Below, in pieces: positions 13,456-27,641 of a stretch of DNA of 64,000 nucleotides (its first letter is position 1; each line of letters opens with the position of its first letter). The stretch is from assembly GCA_951406725.2 (NCBI GenBank), contig OX597831.1, positions 55,862,001 to 55,926,000 on the forward strand. Reading direction: 5' to 3'. The position numbers and the translations under genes are program-made. The notes under the pieces were generated by a model. That model did no database searches. It was not told the DNA's origin and saw only the letters and a program-made list of their open reading frames with translations. Source of the DNA: Octopus vulgaris (taxonomy: Eukaryota).

Positions 13456-15671
13456 CCTTTTAGCATTAAAATCGGCCATACCTGAAAGAAATATTCTACC
13501 TGTCTTATGTTCAAACCCGCCAAATCCGGCCTATCGCACCTAGCCTATAATCTATATATATAAAAGAGGCTTTGGGTCAAAATTGTGTGCACATTTTGCT
13601 ACGTCAGAGGTTGGAGGCCAGACCAGTGTTCGGATCGAGCTGAAAATTTACACAGGCATAGAAGGCGTGATGAGATAGAGAGTTGAGTTGGTTAAAACTC
13701 ACCATCTGGAAAGATGCGGTTGCTATGGTGAGAAGAGTGATTTTTTATCGATTCAAGGGGGCTCTAAGCCCCTCCAGATTGGCGCGATCGGCATCTAACG
13801 CCCAACGGCATGCACTTTAGGCTGTTGTGCTTTATAATCATGCATTTTGTCGCGAAATTCAGGTTACTAAGCAAAGATTTTTCATTGTGAAAAACGACTG
13901 CTTTTTGCCCTCATTTTCTTTTAAATTTTTTTTTTCTGATCACATTGTAAGCCTTTTCAGGAAAAGAAATTACATCTGCATGTAGCCCTCGAGAAGGGCT
14001 ATAATGCACATTTTTTAGTCGACGCGAAATTTTGCTTTTAAGGTCGAAAAAGTTTGAAAATTAAACAAAAATATTGAATTTTTCCTGGCACGTAAAGCTT
14101 CAAATGACGTCATCGCTGTGAGCTGCAACTTTGCTGCAAAAGCATTATCGATTTTTTTCACGGCTGCATAAACTTATTAAGCCTAAGCGCTAGCAAGCTC
14201 ATGCAAGCTGCCGGTGACTAATCTCTCTCTATATAAAGCTGAAGTTGTCTGCGTATGGCAGGTTTGGTAGCCTTCAACTAACACTTTCTCTTCCGAGACA
14301 CTGCGGCGCAAGTTGACAAAAATTGAGAGTATGATAGAAGAAGGCTTGGTCTTCCTTCCGGAGAAGGAAAAAATTCAAATCGGACCATGTTAAGACCAAA
14401 AATTATTTACATCAAAAAGGTGCTTTTTTTTATGAAAATCCCTATTTTTTACGATTTTTTGACTGCTGTGTCGCCATTTTTCGGTGTATTTCAACCAGAA
14501 AAATGTTCACTTAATGAGAATAACAACCTACATAATGCAAAATTTTTACTTTTCAAAATTTCCAATTCTAAAGGGTCGAAACAAACCCGAGCAACGCCGG
14601 GCGATACTGCTAGTCTTTTTTATAAAAGTGAAAGGATTTTGTCTATTTATTTCTGCTGTCCACTTACGACGGTGATTCAATCGACTAGGAAAACTATGTA
14701 TATGTGATGAATATCCAACACCAAACTATCTTAATCTACATATTGAAACTGCATTAAACTTTGGCAAGCTTACCTTTACCTATTCTGAGTTACTTGAAAG
14801 GTGATGTTCCCTTTCCTCTCTTATGTTTGTTGATACCTTTTTTTTACCTTTGATGCCGTTGTTTCACTTTAAGGATGCTTCTTTACCCATCCATTATGAT
14901 ATTTCGACTGCTGTCCATTGTTTCAAATACGTTTTAGCGTTGTCATTCAAGCCTTTTTTAAACACTCACATATGGTTCGTCCCAAAGAATCAACCTGTAA
15001 ATAAGAGTTTTGCTTCCACTAGCGAAAGCTGTACTACGTATCTTTCAGGAATCTCCATACTAATTTAACTTTATGCAGCATTCGTTGTTAGTTTATGTGC
15101 ACGCTATGTGGGAAGATAGAATGGAGGGGTTTTTGTTAGCTTTTCTCTCCGAAAAAAATAGCTCCCTTTGCTGTTGAAAAAAATAAACTCGCAGAGGGGA
15201 AGTTTCAAAATTTTTCTTCAATTTCCTTCGCCATTTATGTGGCTGTTTCTGACAAGAAATTTCGCTTTCATGTAAAACAACTATATTTTGTAGTTATTAT
15301 CTGTAATCTACTCCCAAAGCACTTCAGTAGCTCTACTTTACATGGCTTGCAAACTTATATGTTCTATGATCATTAAAAGTGCAACGACCTCCACAATAAC
15401 CAGCCTTCAATTTGATTTTCCATTCCTAGGTTAATCGGAAACAGATTGCCGTGCTACATATAAACCTTCTCGGTAGTTCAATTATTTGGTGAAAAAAATA
15501 CCACGAAAGCAACTTAAACCGTCTAAAGGACGGGTGCGTTTGCTAGTGTCATTCTAAAAAGAAATAATCACATCATTGAACTCTTGAAGCTATGAGATAA
15601 TGTATGATTAATTCAAAACAATCTAGATAAATAAGCATTACATTTGATAGAGTAATCTGAATGCTAAAAGG
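13456..15671. mobile_element. piggyBac-type MITE interrupted by Helitron-like units
   Basis: TTAA|CCTTTTAGCATT ... AATGCTAAAAGG|TTAA: perfect 12-bp TIR with TTAA TSD (13452-13455, 15672-15675). Confidence 0.75.
13551..15546 (+). mobile_element. three head-to-tail non-autonomous Helitron-like units (13551-14221, 14222-14613, 14614-15546)
   Basis: Each begins TC...ATAAA and ends CTAA/CTAG after a GC-rich subterminal tract. Inserted between A and T with no TSD, judged against the empty-site copy at ~40855-40900. Confidence 0.7.
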
Positions 15672-15714
15672 TTAAACAGAAGGACAGACTGAAAAATATG
15701 ATCCTGGAAATATT

Positions 15715-15930
15715 GGTTTCAAATGTTGGCACAAGGCCAGCAATTTCGGGGAAGGGGGTAAGTCGATTACATCGATCCCGGTACTCAACTGGTACTTGTT
15801 TTGTCGACCCTGAAAGGATGAAAGGCAAAGTCAACCTCGGCGGAATTTGAACTCAGGACATAAAGAGAGACGGAATGTCGCTGAGCATTTTATCCGGCGT
15901 ACTAATGATTCTGCCAGTTCGCCGCTTATA
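15715..15930 (-). mobile_element. SINE family B with 14-bp TSD
   Basis: ATCCTGGAAATATT at 15701-15714 and 15931-15944. Confidence 0.85.
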
Positions 15931-16467
15931 ATCCTGGAAATATTAATCATGTTTGACTGAATAATAGGATGATCATGACGGGAATACTTATTCAGGCTTG
16001 ACCTAGGGTTAAAGAGCTAGAACAGTTAATATCAATGTTTCGCAGTTAAACACACGTGCTTGTAAAGGAACACAACATTAAAATTATTCTTTCTAGAGTT
16101 ACACCAGAACTTCTGAACTTAATATTACGACGACGATAGTTCCAATTGATCCAATTAACGGAACAGCTTGCTGGTGAGATTAACGCACAAGTGGCTGAAC
16201 ATTCCACTGCATTCCCTAAACGTAGTTCCCAGGGAGATTCAGCGTGACATACTGAACGTGACCAGGCTGGCCATTTGAATTACTGATATCAATTTTTGCC
16301 AGCTGAGCGGACTGGAGCGATTTGCAATAAAGTGTATTATCCAAGGACAAAACACACTGCCGGGAATTGAACTCACGACCGTACGATCGTGAGCCGCATA
16401 CCCTAACCACTGACCCACACGTCTTCAAGACTTCTGAACTAGATTTGAATTTTAAAAAATACCTTCT

Positions 16468-16884
16468 TATCTCTTTATTGCCCACAAGGGGCTGAACATA
16501 GAGGGGACAGACAAGGACAGACAAACGGATTATGTCGATTGTATCGACCCTAGTGCATAACTGGTACTTAATTTATCGACCCCGAAAGGATGAAAGGCAA
16601 AGTGGACCTCGGCGGAATTTGAACTCAGAACGTAACGGCAGACGAAATACCTATTTCTTTACTACCCACAAGGGGCTAAACACAGAGAGGACAACCAAGG
16701 ACAGACAAACGGATTATGTCGATTATATCCACCCCAGTGCGTAACTGGTACTTATTTAATCGACCCCGAAAGGATGAAAAGCAAAGTCGACCTTGGCGGA
16801 ATTTGAACTCAGAACGTAGCGGCAGGCAAAATACCGCTAAGCATTTCGCCCGGCGTGCTAACGTTTCTGCCAGCTCGCTGCCTT
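16468..16884 (-). mobile_element. SINE family B, partial tandem (1.8 copies)
   Basis: Two consecutive family B bodies. Confidence 0.8.
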
Positions 16885-17283
16885 AATTTTAAAGAAGACG
16901 TTCATGGTGTGGGTACGTAGATGATTGAGTGGTAAGGAGGTTCGCTTTGCAACTGTGTGGCCTAGGGTGCAAACCCATTGCGCGGCACCTTGAACAAGTA
17001 TGTTCTTGCAAGGTGCCGCAGATTTCTCAATTGGCTTCTGAGTGTAATTTGGCAGAGAAGAAATTATGAGGAGGCCCCCTCATGTGTGTATAGTGTATGT
17101 TTGCATGCATGTATGTGTATATATAAGAACATGAAATGACAAAGGAATAAATGATTATCTATGAACCTCATTAGCTTACGGCTGTTTCTGCTATGAGATG
17201 TTTACCGCTATGTGCTCGACAAACACGCTTCGTTCTGAAGCATATGTATATTGAGTTCTACACCAGGTCTCGCAACGCCTGAA

Positions 17284-17323
<40 letters not shown>

Positions 17324-17332
<9 letters not shown>

Positions 17333-18504
17333 TAAAAGAAATAAAACATATGCATATATATAAACATATATGTACGTACCTACCTCTACATGTACATATA
17401 CACGCATATATGAGTACAGGACACCAAAGGGACGTCGAACACATAGAGAAACGAAAACATAGACACAAACCAAAGGAACAAGACATTTTTTTAAAAACAA
17501 CAAAAAATGGAGTACAAGACAGTTAACACAACGAAAAAAACCCCTTCTTGAGTCGCTAAGGTTTCATCTACTCTACGTTTCGAAGGATAAAAGCGAGACG
17601 TATCTTCGACAAGAAACTTTCCTTCCTGCGAAAAGCAAATCAATTAAAATTCTGAGATCTTTTCGCAGAGGGGTAAACAATGGTAAAAAAAATGGTAAAA
17701 AAACGAGACAGTAACGACAGTACAAAAATATAAACAGTAAAAAAACAGTAAAAAAATATATATATAAACAGTAAAAAAATATATATATAACAGTAAAAGA
17801 CAGGACAGGGAGAACAAGATAAGAAGGGCTGTTGACGCCGAACGAAAAAAGTATTGCAAACGCTGAATTTTTTGTGAACGACGAGAGAGCAGGAAATGTC
17901 GTCCAGTAGCCTTAAAAGGCGGGCGAGAAAGGCCGTTAGCAGTTACGGCGGAAGTATCGTCGCAGATGGACGACGGGAATGTGGGAGGAGGAGCAAGAGG
18001 AAGGGAGAGAAGAAGGGGAATGGTGCGAGGAGACCATGAAGAATGGTGAGGGGGAGAGAGAGAATGAAGAATGAGAGAGAGAGGAAGACACAAGTTAAGT
18101 GAGGGAAAAAAGACGAAAAGGGGATGGGATAAAAAGAAAGAAAGAGCAGAGTGCGCGTGAGAGTTAATATCAAGGCGAAACTTGATATACAGAACAATCT
18201 TACTTAAGAGGGTGCGTGCGTTTAGTCGTATAATATATTAATAAAAGAAATAAAACATATGCATATATATAAACATATATGTACGTACCTACCTCTACAT
18301 GTACATATACACGCATATATGTGTACAGGACACCAAAGGGACGTCGAACACATAGAGAAACGAAAACATAGACACAAACCAAAGGAACAAGACATTTTTT
18401 TAAAAACAACAAAAAATAGAGTACAGGACAGTTAACACAACGAAAAAACCCCTTCTTCAGTCGCTAAGGTTTCATCTACTCTACGTTTCGAAGGATAAAA
18501 GCGA
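17324..18504 (-). mobile_element. partial-tandem element with ~270-bp direct terminal repeats (Penelope pLTR-like, non-coding)
   Basis: 17324-17596 is repeated almost identically at 18233-18504; both ends are embedded in (AT)n; no TG..CA termini. Confidence 0.7.
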
Positions 18505-18746
18505 TATATATATATATATATATATATATAGGCAAATTTGTTGTTGGAAATGCACCTATTTTGAAAAACTTATAATTGTTTAAAATAAATATATTTACAT
18601 ACAAATTTATTTACATATATATATATATATATATATATACATACATACATACATATATATACATATACATACATATATATACATATACATACATATACAC
18701 ACACATATATATACATATATATACGTACATATATACATATATATAC

Positions 18747-18784
<38 letters not shown>

Positions 18785-18797
<13 letters not shown>

Positions 18798-19301
18798 TGT
18801 AGTTGTGTGAGTGTCTGTTCCCTTCGATTTAGATTCCTAACTACTCCCACATTTTGCGGTGCAGTTTAACCAAATTCGGGTATCTTATAGTCGTAATTCA
18901 TATCGAGCCCGTCTGAGTATTAGCGCGCGTCTACGATGAGTCTACGATTTTAAAAATAATTTAACATCATTTTTTATTCCATTTTAATGCATAATTTTTC
19001 GTGTGTCGATGGCGGCGGAGTTGGCGTCCACGGTCACACCTGCACCTGTTTGCTTCTCCCCCTTCTTCCCTCCCTCGTGAAGCTGTGGGGAAAGGAGTGT
19101 AAGGAAATCAACGTCGTAAAGCGTTGTCAAGGAGACCAGCGTTCTTTTAGAACAACGACTTCATGGCTTGAGTCAACGATTTAAAAAAAAAATTATCATA
19201 ATTTTTTATTCCATTTTTAATGCATTTTTTGCTATAACTCTCTAAAAATCCTTATATAGTTATTTCCCTTACAAACCGAGCAACGCCGGGCGATACTGCT
19301 A

Positions 19302-19302
<1 letters not shown>
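18785..19302 (+). mobile_element. non-autonomous Helitron-like element
   Basis: Shares the 3' end GAGCAACGCCGGGCGATACTGCTAG with 14222-14613. Confidence 0.75.
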
Positions 19303-19351
<49 letters not shown>

Positions 19352-19479
19352 TTACATATATATTTATAAAAAAGAAGTTTACCACCTACACTTTTTATAA
19401 ACGTACATATATATAGATTTATATATATATATACATATATACATATATATATTTATATACATATACATATATACATATA

Positions 19480-19541
<62 letters not shown>

Positions 19542-19544
19542 ATT

Positions 19545-20600
19545 GTGACTTGAACGCTCGTTGAATTTCGGAATGGTAGACAAGAAGCTGTTAACCTTCA
19601 AGTTTCCACACCCATCGGTACAAAGGGCGACAGTTAGTCTATCTTTCATAGGCTTGTGGCTTGGCATTTCCTTCTCATCTGCAGTTATGTAAGGTTCTTC
19701 TGGGCATTTTTTTGTTTTCCGAAAAAGGTCAGTTTTATTAGTTGAATACCTGTTGTGCGACGTACCCCTCGCTGCGCACGAAATCCTCAGCAGCCTTTGT
19801 GTCAGAAGTCGTTGCTTCTACATACCTGACGACGCTATAAACACAAGTTCTCTTTTTGAAATTATCGAACCAGCCACGACTGGCCTTAAATGCTTCTGCT
19901 GGTGTGTCTTCTCCGTTGATGTTCCAGGGTTTTGCTTCAGGTGATCCCCATACAACGCTCGTGCTTTCTCGCAGATGATGGGCTCCGGAATCGTATCTCC
20001 TGCGAGTTGCTTCTCGTTGATCCACAGGAGAGCACATTTTCCATCTCTTCGTGGACAGATGTGCATTGCTTGGAGAGCCTGGAGACGTCATTTGCTGTTG
20101 TAACAGCCTTGATCTCGTTCTTTTTCTTCGGGGTGGTGCAGATCGTCGACGTGCTTCGGTTGCATTGACATGCTATGTCCACTACACGCACTCCTCTCTC
20201 TTGTCTATCAATAATTTCCTTCTTCAATTCTATCCTAATCAGCTTTTTCTTCTCAGCACTTTTCCTTGCACTTAACCTTCTTAGGACCCATGGCTAACCC
20301 AACAAATTATTATAAAACAAAATAGCAAAATGCACAAAGCTAAAATAAAACACTGGGTAAAAAGCACAACAAGGATGCCTCCACAACGAGATAAACACGT
20401 GAACTGAGCCGAGTGGGAAGCTGCGCTTTTTGGGAGAGCCTATGCCAGCACAGCGCTGATTTGTGGTTGGTTGCTTGTATGTAAAGCTCGCTCGAGCTGC
20501 GGATTTCCACTCCTACTTCTTCTAGACCAAAAATCGTATGAGTCTCGGCTTGTACAGCAAATTACTCGTACAATATAGTGCACTTATACTGCGAGGTTCA
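19545..20600 (-). mobile_element. Tigger/pogo transposase remnant
   Basis: MGPKK..., LWINEKQLAGDTI....ICEKARALY, FKASRGWFDNFKKR, QQVFN, KPMKDRLTV: CENP-B-type HTH plus start of the DDE domain, frameshifted. Confidence 0.88.
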
Positions 20601-20606
20601 TGCATA

Positions 20607-20684
<78 letters not shown>

Positions 20685-20967
20685 TGTAAATGTATTTGTG
20701 CGTGTGTAAATGTATTTGTGCGTGTGTAAATAAATATGATGGCTCATTTTCACAGACGGTGTACCTAGTCAGTCAGTCTTTCTCAAGTTTTACTTCCTAT
20801 CTGATGTCGCTATTGTAGATTTTGTAATGTATTTCATAATTGGAGAGAACGAATCTTCCTTCCTTCAATTTAGATAAAATTTAGTTATATTTAGCGCTTG
20901 AACAGTTACTGCTTAACGCTAGATAATTTCTGAAATTTTATTGGGTACATCATCGTTATCGTTGTTG

Positions 20968-21053
<86 letters not shown>

Positions 21054-21383
21054 CATTATCATTGTTGTTGTTGTTATTAATACTTCTATAACGATTTTGT
21101 CGTTGTTTTTGTTGTTATAAATTTATTATTAGATAATATAAAGAAATTATTATTCATCATTCATTAAAAGCTGCAATCGTTAAACAACATTGGTCGTTTT
21201 TGTTTTAATTAATGGCCAGGTTCTTAGTATACTAACTCGCGATTCAAATAAACTGGCTTTCAAATAAAGCCAGTCGTAAAAGGAATTGCAACATATGTGT
21301 GTATGTATGTATGTATGTTTGTATACATATATATACATATAACGTGTATATGCATATAACATGTATGTATAAATATATTTATA

Positions 21384-21423
<40 letters not shown>

Positions 21424-21475
21424 CATATATATATATATAACATGTATATGTATAACATGTGTATGTATATATAAC

Positions 21476-21537
<62 letters not shown>

Positions 21538-21538
21538 C

Positions 21539-21566
<28 letters not shown>

Positions 21567-21571
<5 letters not shown>

Positions 21572-21790
21572 AAATTAAGAGAAATGATCACTAAGGTGGA
21601 CACTAAATATGCTAAACATAGACGTCAAATCGCCATTACCTCGAAGAGTGTGTTCTCAAGAACATTTTTACATTTTGGCGTTTTGCAGAGATGTTTCTTG
21701 AGAACACACTCTTTGTGGTAATGGCGATTTAACGTCTATGTTTAGCATATTAGGTGTCCACTTTAGTGGTCATTCCTCTTAATTTTGTAT
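21567..21790. repeat. ~100-bp-arm imperfect inverted repeat
   Basis: ACAAAATTAAGAG...GAGTGTGTTCTCAAGAA is inverted at TTCTTGAGAACACACTC...CTCTTAATTTTGT. Confidence 0.9.
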
Positions 21791-21885
21791 GTAATATAAT
21801 TTTTAATCTTCGGATTTTTTAAATATGCTAAGCCACTGTTTTCAATTGATTAATATCAATTTCTACCCTTACTATTTAATTTTAC

Positions 21886-21916
<31 letters not shown>

Positions 21917-21968
21917 ACATATACATATATATGCATACATGATACATGTTATATATATATATATATAA

Positions 21969-22035
<67 letters not shown>

Positions 22036-22060
22036 TATATATATGCATACATGATACATG

Positions 22061-22116
<56 letters not shown>

Positions 22117-22138
22117 CATGATACATGATACATGTTTT

Positions 22139-22207
<69 letters not shown>

Positions 22208-22226
22208 AATGTATATATATATATAA

Positions 22227-22289
<63 letters not shown>

Positions 22290-22294
22290 ACATG

Positions 22295-22341
<47 letters not shown>

Positions 22342-22372
22342 ATGTATATATATATATATATATATATAACAA

Positions 22373-22432
<60 letters not shown>

Positions 22433-22753
22433 CAAATGTATATATATATATAACTTATGTATATATATATAACATATGTATATATATATGTATATATATA
22501 TGTTTATATATATATGTTTATATATATATAACATATGTATATATATATGTATATATATATGTATATATATATGTATATATATATATAACATATGTATATA
22601 TATATACATGTTATAGACATATATACACACATGTTATATATATACATATTTACATATATGTATATATATATATAACATGTATATATATACATATACATGT
22701 TATAGACATATATACACACATGTTATATATATATATATACATATTGTCATATA

Positions 22754-22808
<55 letters not shown>

Positions 22809-23388
22809 CATATTCTTTTATCGTTTTATTTGTTTCAGTCATTTGACTGCGGCAATGCTGGAGCACCGCCTTTAGTCGAGCAAATCGACCCCAGGACTTA
22901 TTCTTTGTAAACTAAACCGGCAACCCCACCAAGCTTGCTTGGTGAGGAGGATGTTTATTGGACACCCTGCGGGATGAAAAACATAACTCATCAAAGGGCG
23001 GAGGAACTCTTCAGAGTCAACGGCCATCCAATAAATGTCTTACGGCTGTATCATGCGCAGGGACATGGAAATAATCGGACTGAATACCTGATCGCGCGGT
23101 TAAACCATTGGGAGTGAAGGACTCCTAGCCTTTGTTAGGGCATCCTTCTAGGAGAAGGTAACTCAGGTAACTGGGATAACTCCGACATAAAACCTGCGGC
23201 TCAGTGGTTACCGATGATGTTGACTTGTTCTTTTCGGATTATGGCTGTTGTTGCTTAGTGAGTGGGATTGACTCTGTGCACAGCCTTTCCTCACTTTAAA
23301 AAATATCTTCTTGCACAGGCATTGCTCGATAACAACATTGATTAAGCTTCGTGCAATGGCCATTCTCGATAACGAGGGGGCAGCCACC

Positions 23389-23419
<31 letters not shown>

Positions 23420-23433
23420 TGTATGTATGTATG

Positions 23434-23495
<62 letters not shown>

Positions 23496-23605
23496 CAATT
23501 AAGATTCAAGTGAGTTCTGTTGAATTCACATGAATATGGTAATTAACTTGGATGCACCAGAAATCTATATGGTGTTAACCATACGACAAAGTGGGGTGAT
23601 TACAA

Positions 23606-23706
23606 ATAGGAAAAAAAGCAACAAGAATGGATCAATATATCGGTACAATTGTTTCGTACGAAGACAATTGTACCGATATATTGATCCATTCTTGTTGCTT
23701 TTTTCC

Positions 23707-23709
<3 letters not shown>
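23606..23709. repeat. near-perfect 104-nt palindrome derived from a hammerhead-bearing element
   Basis: Arms differ by one base in a homopolymer and one bulged G; centre TTCGTACGAA. Homologous to 51641-51695. Confidence 0.92.
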
Positions 23710-23775
<66 letters not shown>

Positions 23776-24004
23776 ATATGTGTGTGTGTCTGTATATATA
23801 TATATATATATGTATGTATATATATATGTATGTATATATGTATATATATGTATGTATATATGTAAGTATATATGTATATATATGTATGTATATATGTATA
23901 TATATGTATGTATATATATATATGTATATATATGTATGTATGTTTGTATATGCATGTATGTATGTATATATATATATGTATGTATGTATATATATATATG
24001 TATG

Positions 24005-24060
<56 letters not shown>

Positions 24061-24360
24061 TTATACATGTTATATATATATTAATAATAAAAGGGTAAAA
24101 TTAATTAATCAGTCAATTAATTAATTATTTTTACCAAGGAGATCGGTACGTGAAAATAACCTTTATAGGTAAAATTATACAGATATTTATTAATTATAAA
24201 CATAATTATAATTAGGAGTCAGCTAATTGCTTCACCACATACCGAATTTAGAAATAGGAGCTAAAAATTCCTTTTCTACTACTGTAAGCATCTCCACGAC
24301 AGTAACACACTTTTTTACGTAGGCAAAGAGAAAAACAACGAATCAACACGACTCCAATCA

Positions 24361-24420
24361 ACCACATATGAGTTTCGAGATTAAAGCGTTTAAATTACTT
24401 ACTTCTCTCTGCAGTGTAGC
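24361..24420 (-). ncRNA. decayed type I hammerhead-like motif (A6C)
   Basis: GCUACA-CUGCAGA-GAGA...UCUC-GAAACUCAUA-UGUGGU; stem I pairs 6/6 including G-U. Confidence 0.5.
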
Positions 24421-24625
24421 ATTTCCAATTATAAAATTCGAAAGTGCTATGTTTAAATATGCACACGATCGAGCGACATCGTGCTACAGATATCCAACAA
24501 ACACTTCCAAAATTTTACACAGCCGAATTTGAATACATTATTCATCCCTTGTTCACACGTGTATGTTACGAGCAGTACCGCAGAAAACTGCAGTATTCTA
24601 TCATGGAGCAAATTACAATTTCAAA

Positions 24626-24675
<50 letters not shown>

Positions 24676-24954
24676 GACTGGCTTCTTCCAGTTTCCGTCT
24701 ACCAAATCTACTCAAGGCTTTGGTCCGCCCAAGGCTATAGTAGAAGACACCTCCCCAAGGTGCCAAACAGTGGGACTGAACCCGGAACCATGAGGTTGGA
24801 AAGCAAGCTTCTTGGCACACAGTCACGCCTGCACATGTGTATGTATGTATCATATATATATACGTTTTTTTATAAGTTTCAGCTCAGAGCTAGCTGCAGC
24901 CATGCTGGGGCACCGCCGTTTTGCTATACTGTTATTATTGAGAGCCTTTGGTGA

Positions 24955-25290
24955 ATTATTGTCGCATTTGGTGAATAAGAGTGTTTGATGTCGCTACCCT
25001 CATTTGCGCCTCCTGTCGCGAGGTAGGTTCATCTGGGTCTCTCGACAGGAAGTGATCCAGTTTTGATTTGAAATCACCTATATCTACTTTGTGCAGGTCT
25101 CCCAGGCTGTTTGGGAGAATATTAACTTTCAGTGCCAAAATTTTGTCACTGAAAGTTACACGAATGCCAGAACGGGTCGCCACTGCACAGTGCCAAAGAG
25201 CCCAACAATGCCGTCGCGCTTCTGGACCAGTTACTGCATCAACCTGGGTGTCAGGGGACCACAGCTTTTTAATATTCTCCCAAACACCCT
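24955..25290. mobile_element. CR1-like LINE 3' fragment, internally inverted
   Basis: Plus part gives RGPQLFNILP; minus part gives LPNSLGDLHKVDIGDFKSKLDHFL..PDEP. Same family as 37860-38430 and 56040-56930. Confidence 0.7.
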
Positions 25291-25422
25291 GCATATCATA
25301 CCATGATTCATTTTATCAAAAGCTTTTGCAAAGTCAAGGTGTATTACGTCCACATTTCAGCTGTTGAGTAACTGCCTCAACACCCAGTCATAGTGCTATA
25401 TATATATATATACATACATATA

Positions 25423-26185
25423 CTAGCTGGTGTACCCGGTATTCCCGGGAGTAAAGATGTTCTATTGAAAAGCCTTATTGCTCTGATATAAGAAACCAAT
25501 TTTGTTATAACTACCACAAAAGGTGTATTTTCCGTCACGAAAAAGTAAAAAAAAAACTCTCAGCTGGAGGAGGGAGAGATTGTTGGAGGTTGGTGAAAAG
25601 CAAAGACATTATTCTGCTTAGCGAAGGCACCTGAGAAATGTATAACTGTTGTCATTCACTGAAAAACTATTGTTTTATCGTGAGAAAGGTGTTGTTGAAG
25701 TGTTAAGTGAAATTTGGCAATCGAGGATCGAATCCACGCTATGCTTGCATGAAGCCGCTACAAATGCGTTGTGGAATAAAAAAAATTTATCCACTGTCAT
25801 GGAAAAAGTATAACTGTAAAAATACAGACCTATCGGAGTAATGGGCATTCAAAAAGTATGTATGTATAGAAATGTATGAATGAAGTTTTTAATGTTTAAG
25901 ATTCAAATTAAGGAAGTGCAATAATAATGTTTAACAGTGCAAAACTATACAGGTGCTATGTGTTATTTGGGTGTTTAAACAAAAAAATAGCTATATGAGA
26001 TAGATATAAAGGTCCTTTCCAGGGGGCTGTATTATCTATTTTTTTTCAACAATCTAAGTATGTCACAAGGTTACCAGACATGAGTTCTCCTCACGTGTCA
26101 AGTTTCATCAAAATCACTAAAACGATGTAGGAAAAGTTAGCTAACAACGCCACAAACAAACGCCGATTTTCCACATATGTAGTAT
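25423..26185 (-). mobile_element. Helitron-like element
   Basis: Minus strand ends CCCGGGAATACCGGG (hairpin)...CTAG; embedded in (AT)n. Confidence 0.6.
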
Positions 26186-27162
26186 ATATATATATATATA
26201 TTTATTTATTTCTGAGATTTAATAATGCTTGCAGTCAGTTTTTCGAAATCAGTGGCAGACGTCACTAGAAAAACTCTTATATATTTGCAAACAGGCCTTG
26301 CCTTTCATCGTGATCTGGTGATTACCGCCTGTTGATAAGAGGCAATAATCTCGAAACTGCGGCCCGGTGCGTATCACTCAGGCTTACGAGAAAGGGATGG
26401 CCTCCCTTTGCAAATACTTTAAGGGCACAGAAAGTGTGTCTAAAGCCAGCTGGAGACGATGATCTCCTGGGGCTAAAAAGCTACAGTAACCCCCTCCCCT
26501 TTGTGGTTAGCCATATTGAGATGGCTTTTATACTTTACATTATATATATATACATATGCCTGGGTGTAAAACAACTATGCGTAAAAATTAAAAGTGGAAA
26601 ACTGCGAATGAGTATCGTCGGCTCCCTGTACTTAGCTGATGTCAAGTACTCTGACAAAGTATCATTTGTGACATGCGAGAACCGATCCCCAAGATGTTGA
26701 GAAGGTAGAGAGACTCAAGATTCTGGAAAATATTATCATCAACTGTTTATACAGGGCTATTAGCGACTCACAAACTTGATAAGCAAACAGCATCACTGGT
26801 TGAATATACTGCACTATCATTAGAAACATCTCCAGTACTGCTTGTTGTTGTTGTCGCTTAGATGCCATATCAACCACTACCAAGACATCCCAACCGTAAC
26901 CATCCCGTTTTTCGTTTCTTAGGTTAGTGTGCCTAGGCAGCAATTGTTGAATGTGTCCTTTCTTTTTCAGCATGGTAGCATGCCATTCGGTGGGGGTTGG
27001 GCTGCTATTTGTAGCAAGTCGATTCAGCTCGTTGAGATTCCTTCAGAACTAGTAGAAATAACATTTGTACTATTAGAGGTACTATCAGCAATAGCAACAG
27101 CAGCAATACTTCGCGAAATGTACTGTAGCAGCACTATCATCGTAAGAATCCTACTCACACAT

Positions 27163-27212
<50 letters not shown>

Positions 27213-27340
27213 GCACGGTGTACACACGTGTATGTATCTATGCATATCTATATATTTATATGTTTATGTGTATACGTATGTATGTGTGTGTGTGTGTGTG
27301 TATCTATCTGTTTATCTATATCTATACTCTTTTACTCTCT

Positions 27341-27543
27341 TTTACTCTTTTACTTGTTTCAGTCATTTGACTGCGACCATGCTGGAGCACCGCCTTTAAT
27401 CCAGCAACTCGACCCCGGGACTTATTCTTTTGTAAGCCCAGTACTTATTCTATCGGTCGCTTTTGCCGAACCGCTAAGTAACGGGGACATAAACACACCA
27501 GCATCGGTTGTCAAGCAATGCTAGGGGGACAAACACACACACA

Positions 27544-27641
<98 letters not shown>

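Larger units (their letters stand above)
21300..24082. repeat. large compound (AT)n/(ATAC)n microsatellite field with embedded short elements
   Basis: Direct inspection. Confidence 0.9.

Noticed and set aside
21180-24124. Long YI/IY/CV/TH-rich ORFs here and throughout the ORF track
   Set aside because: Translations of dinucleotide and tetranucleotide microsatellites.
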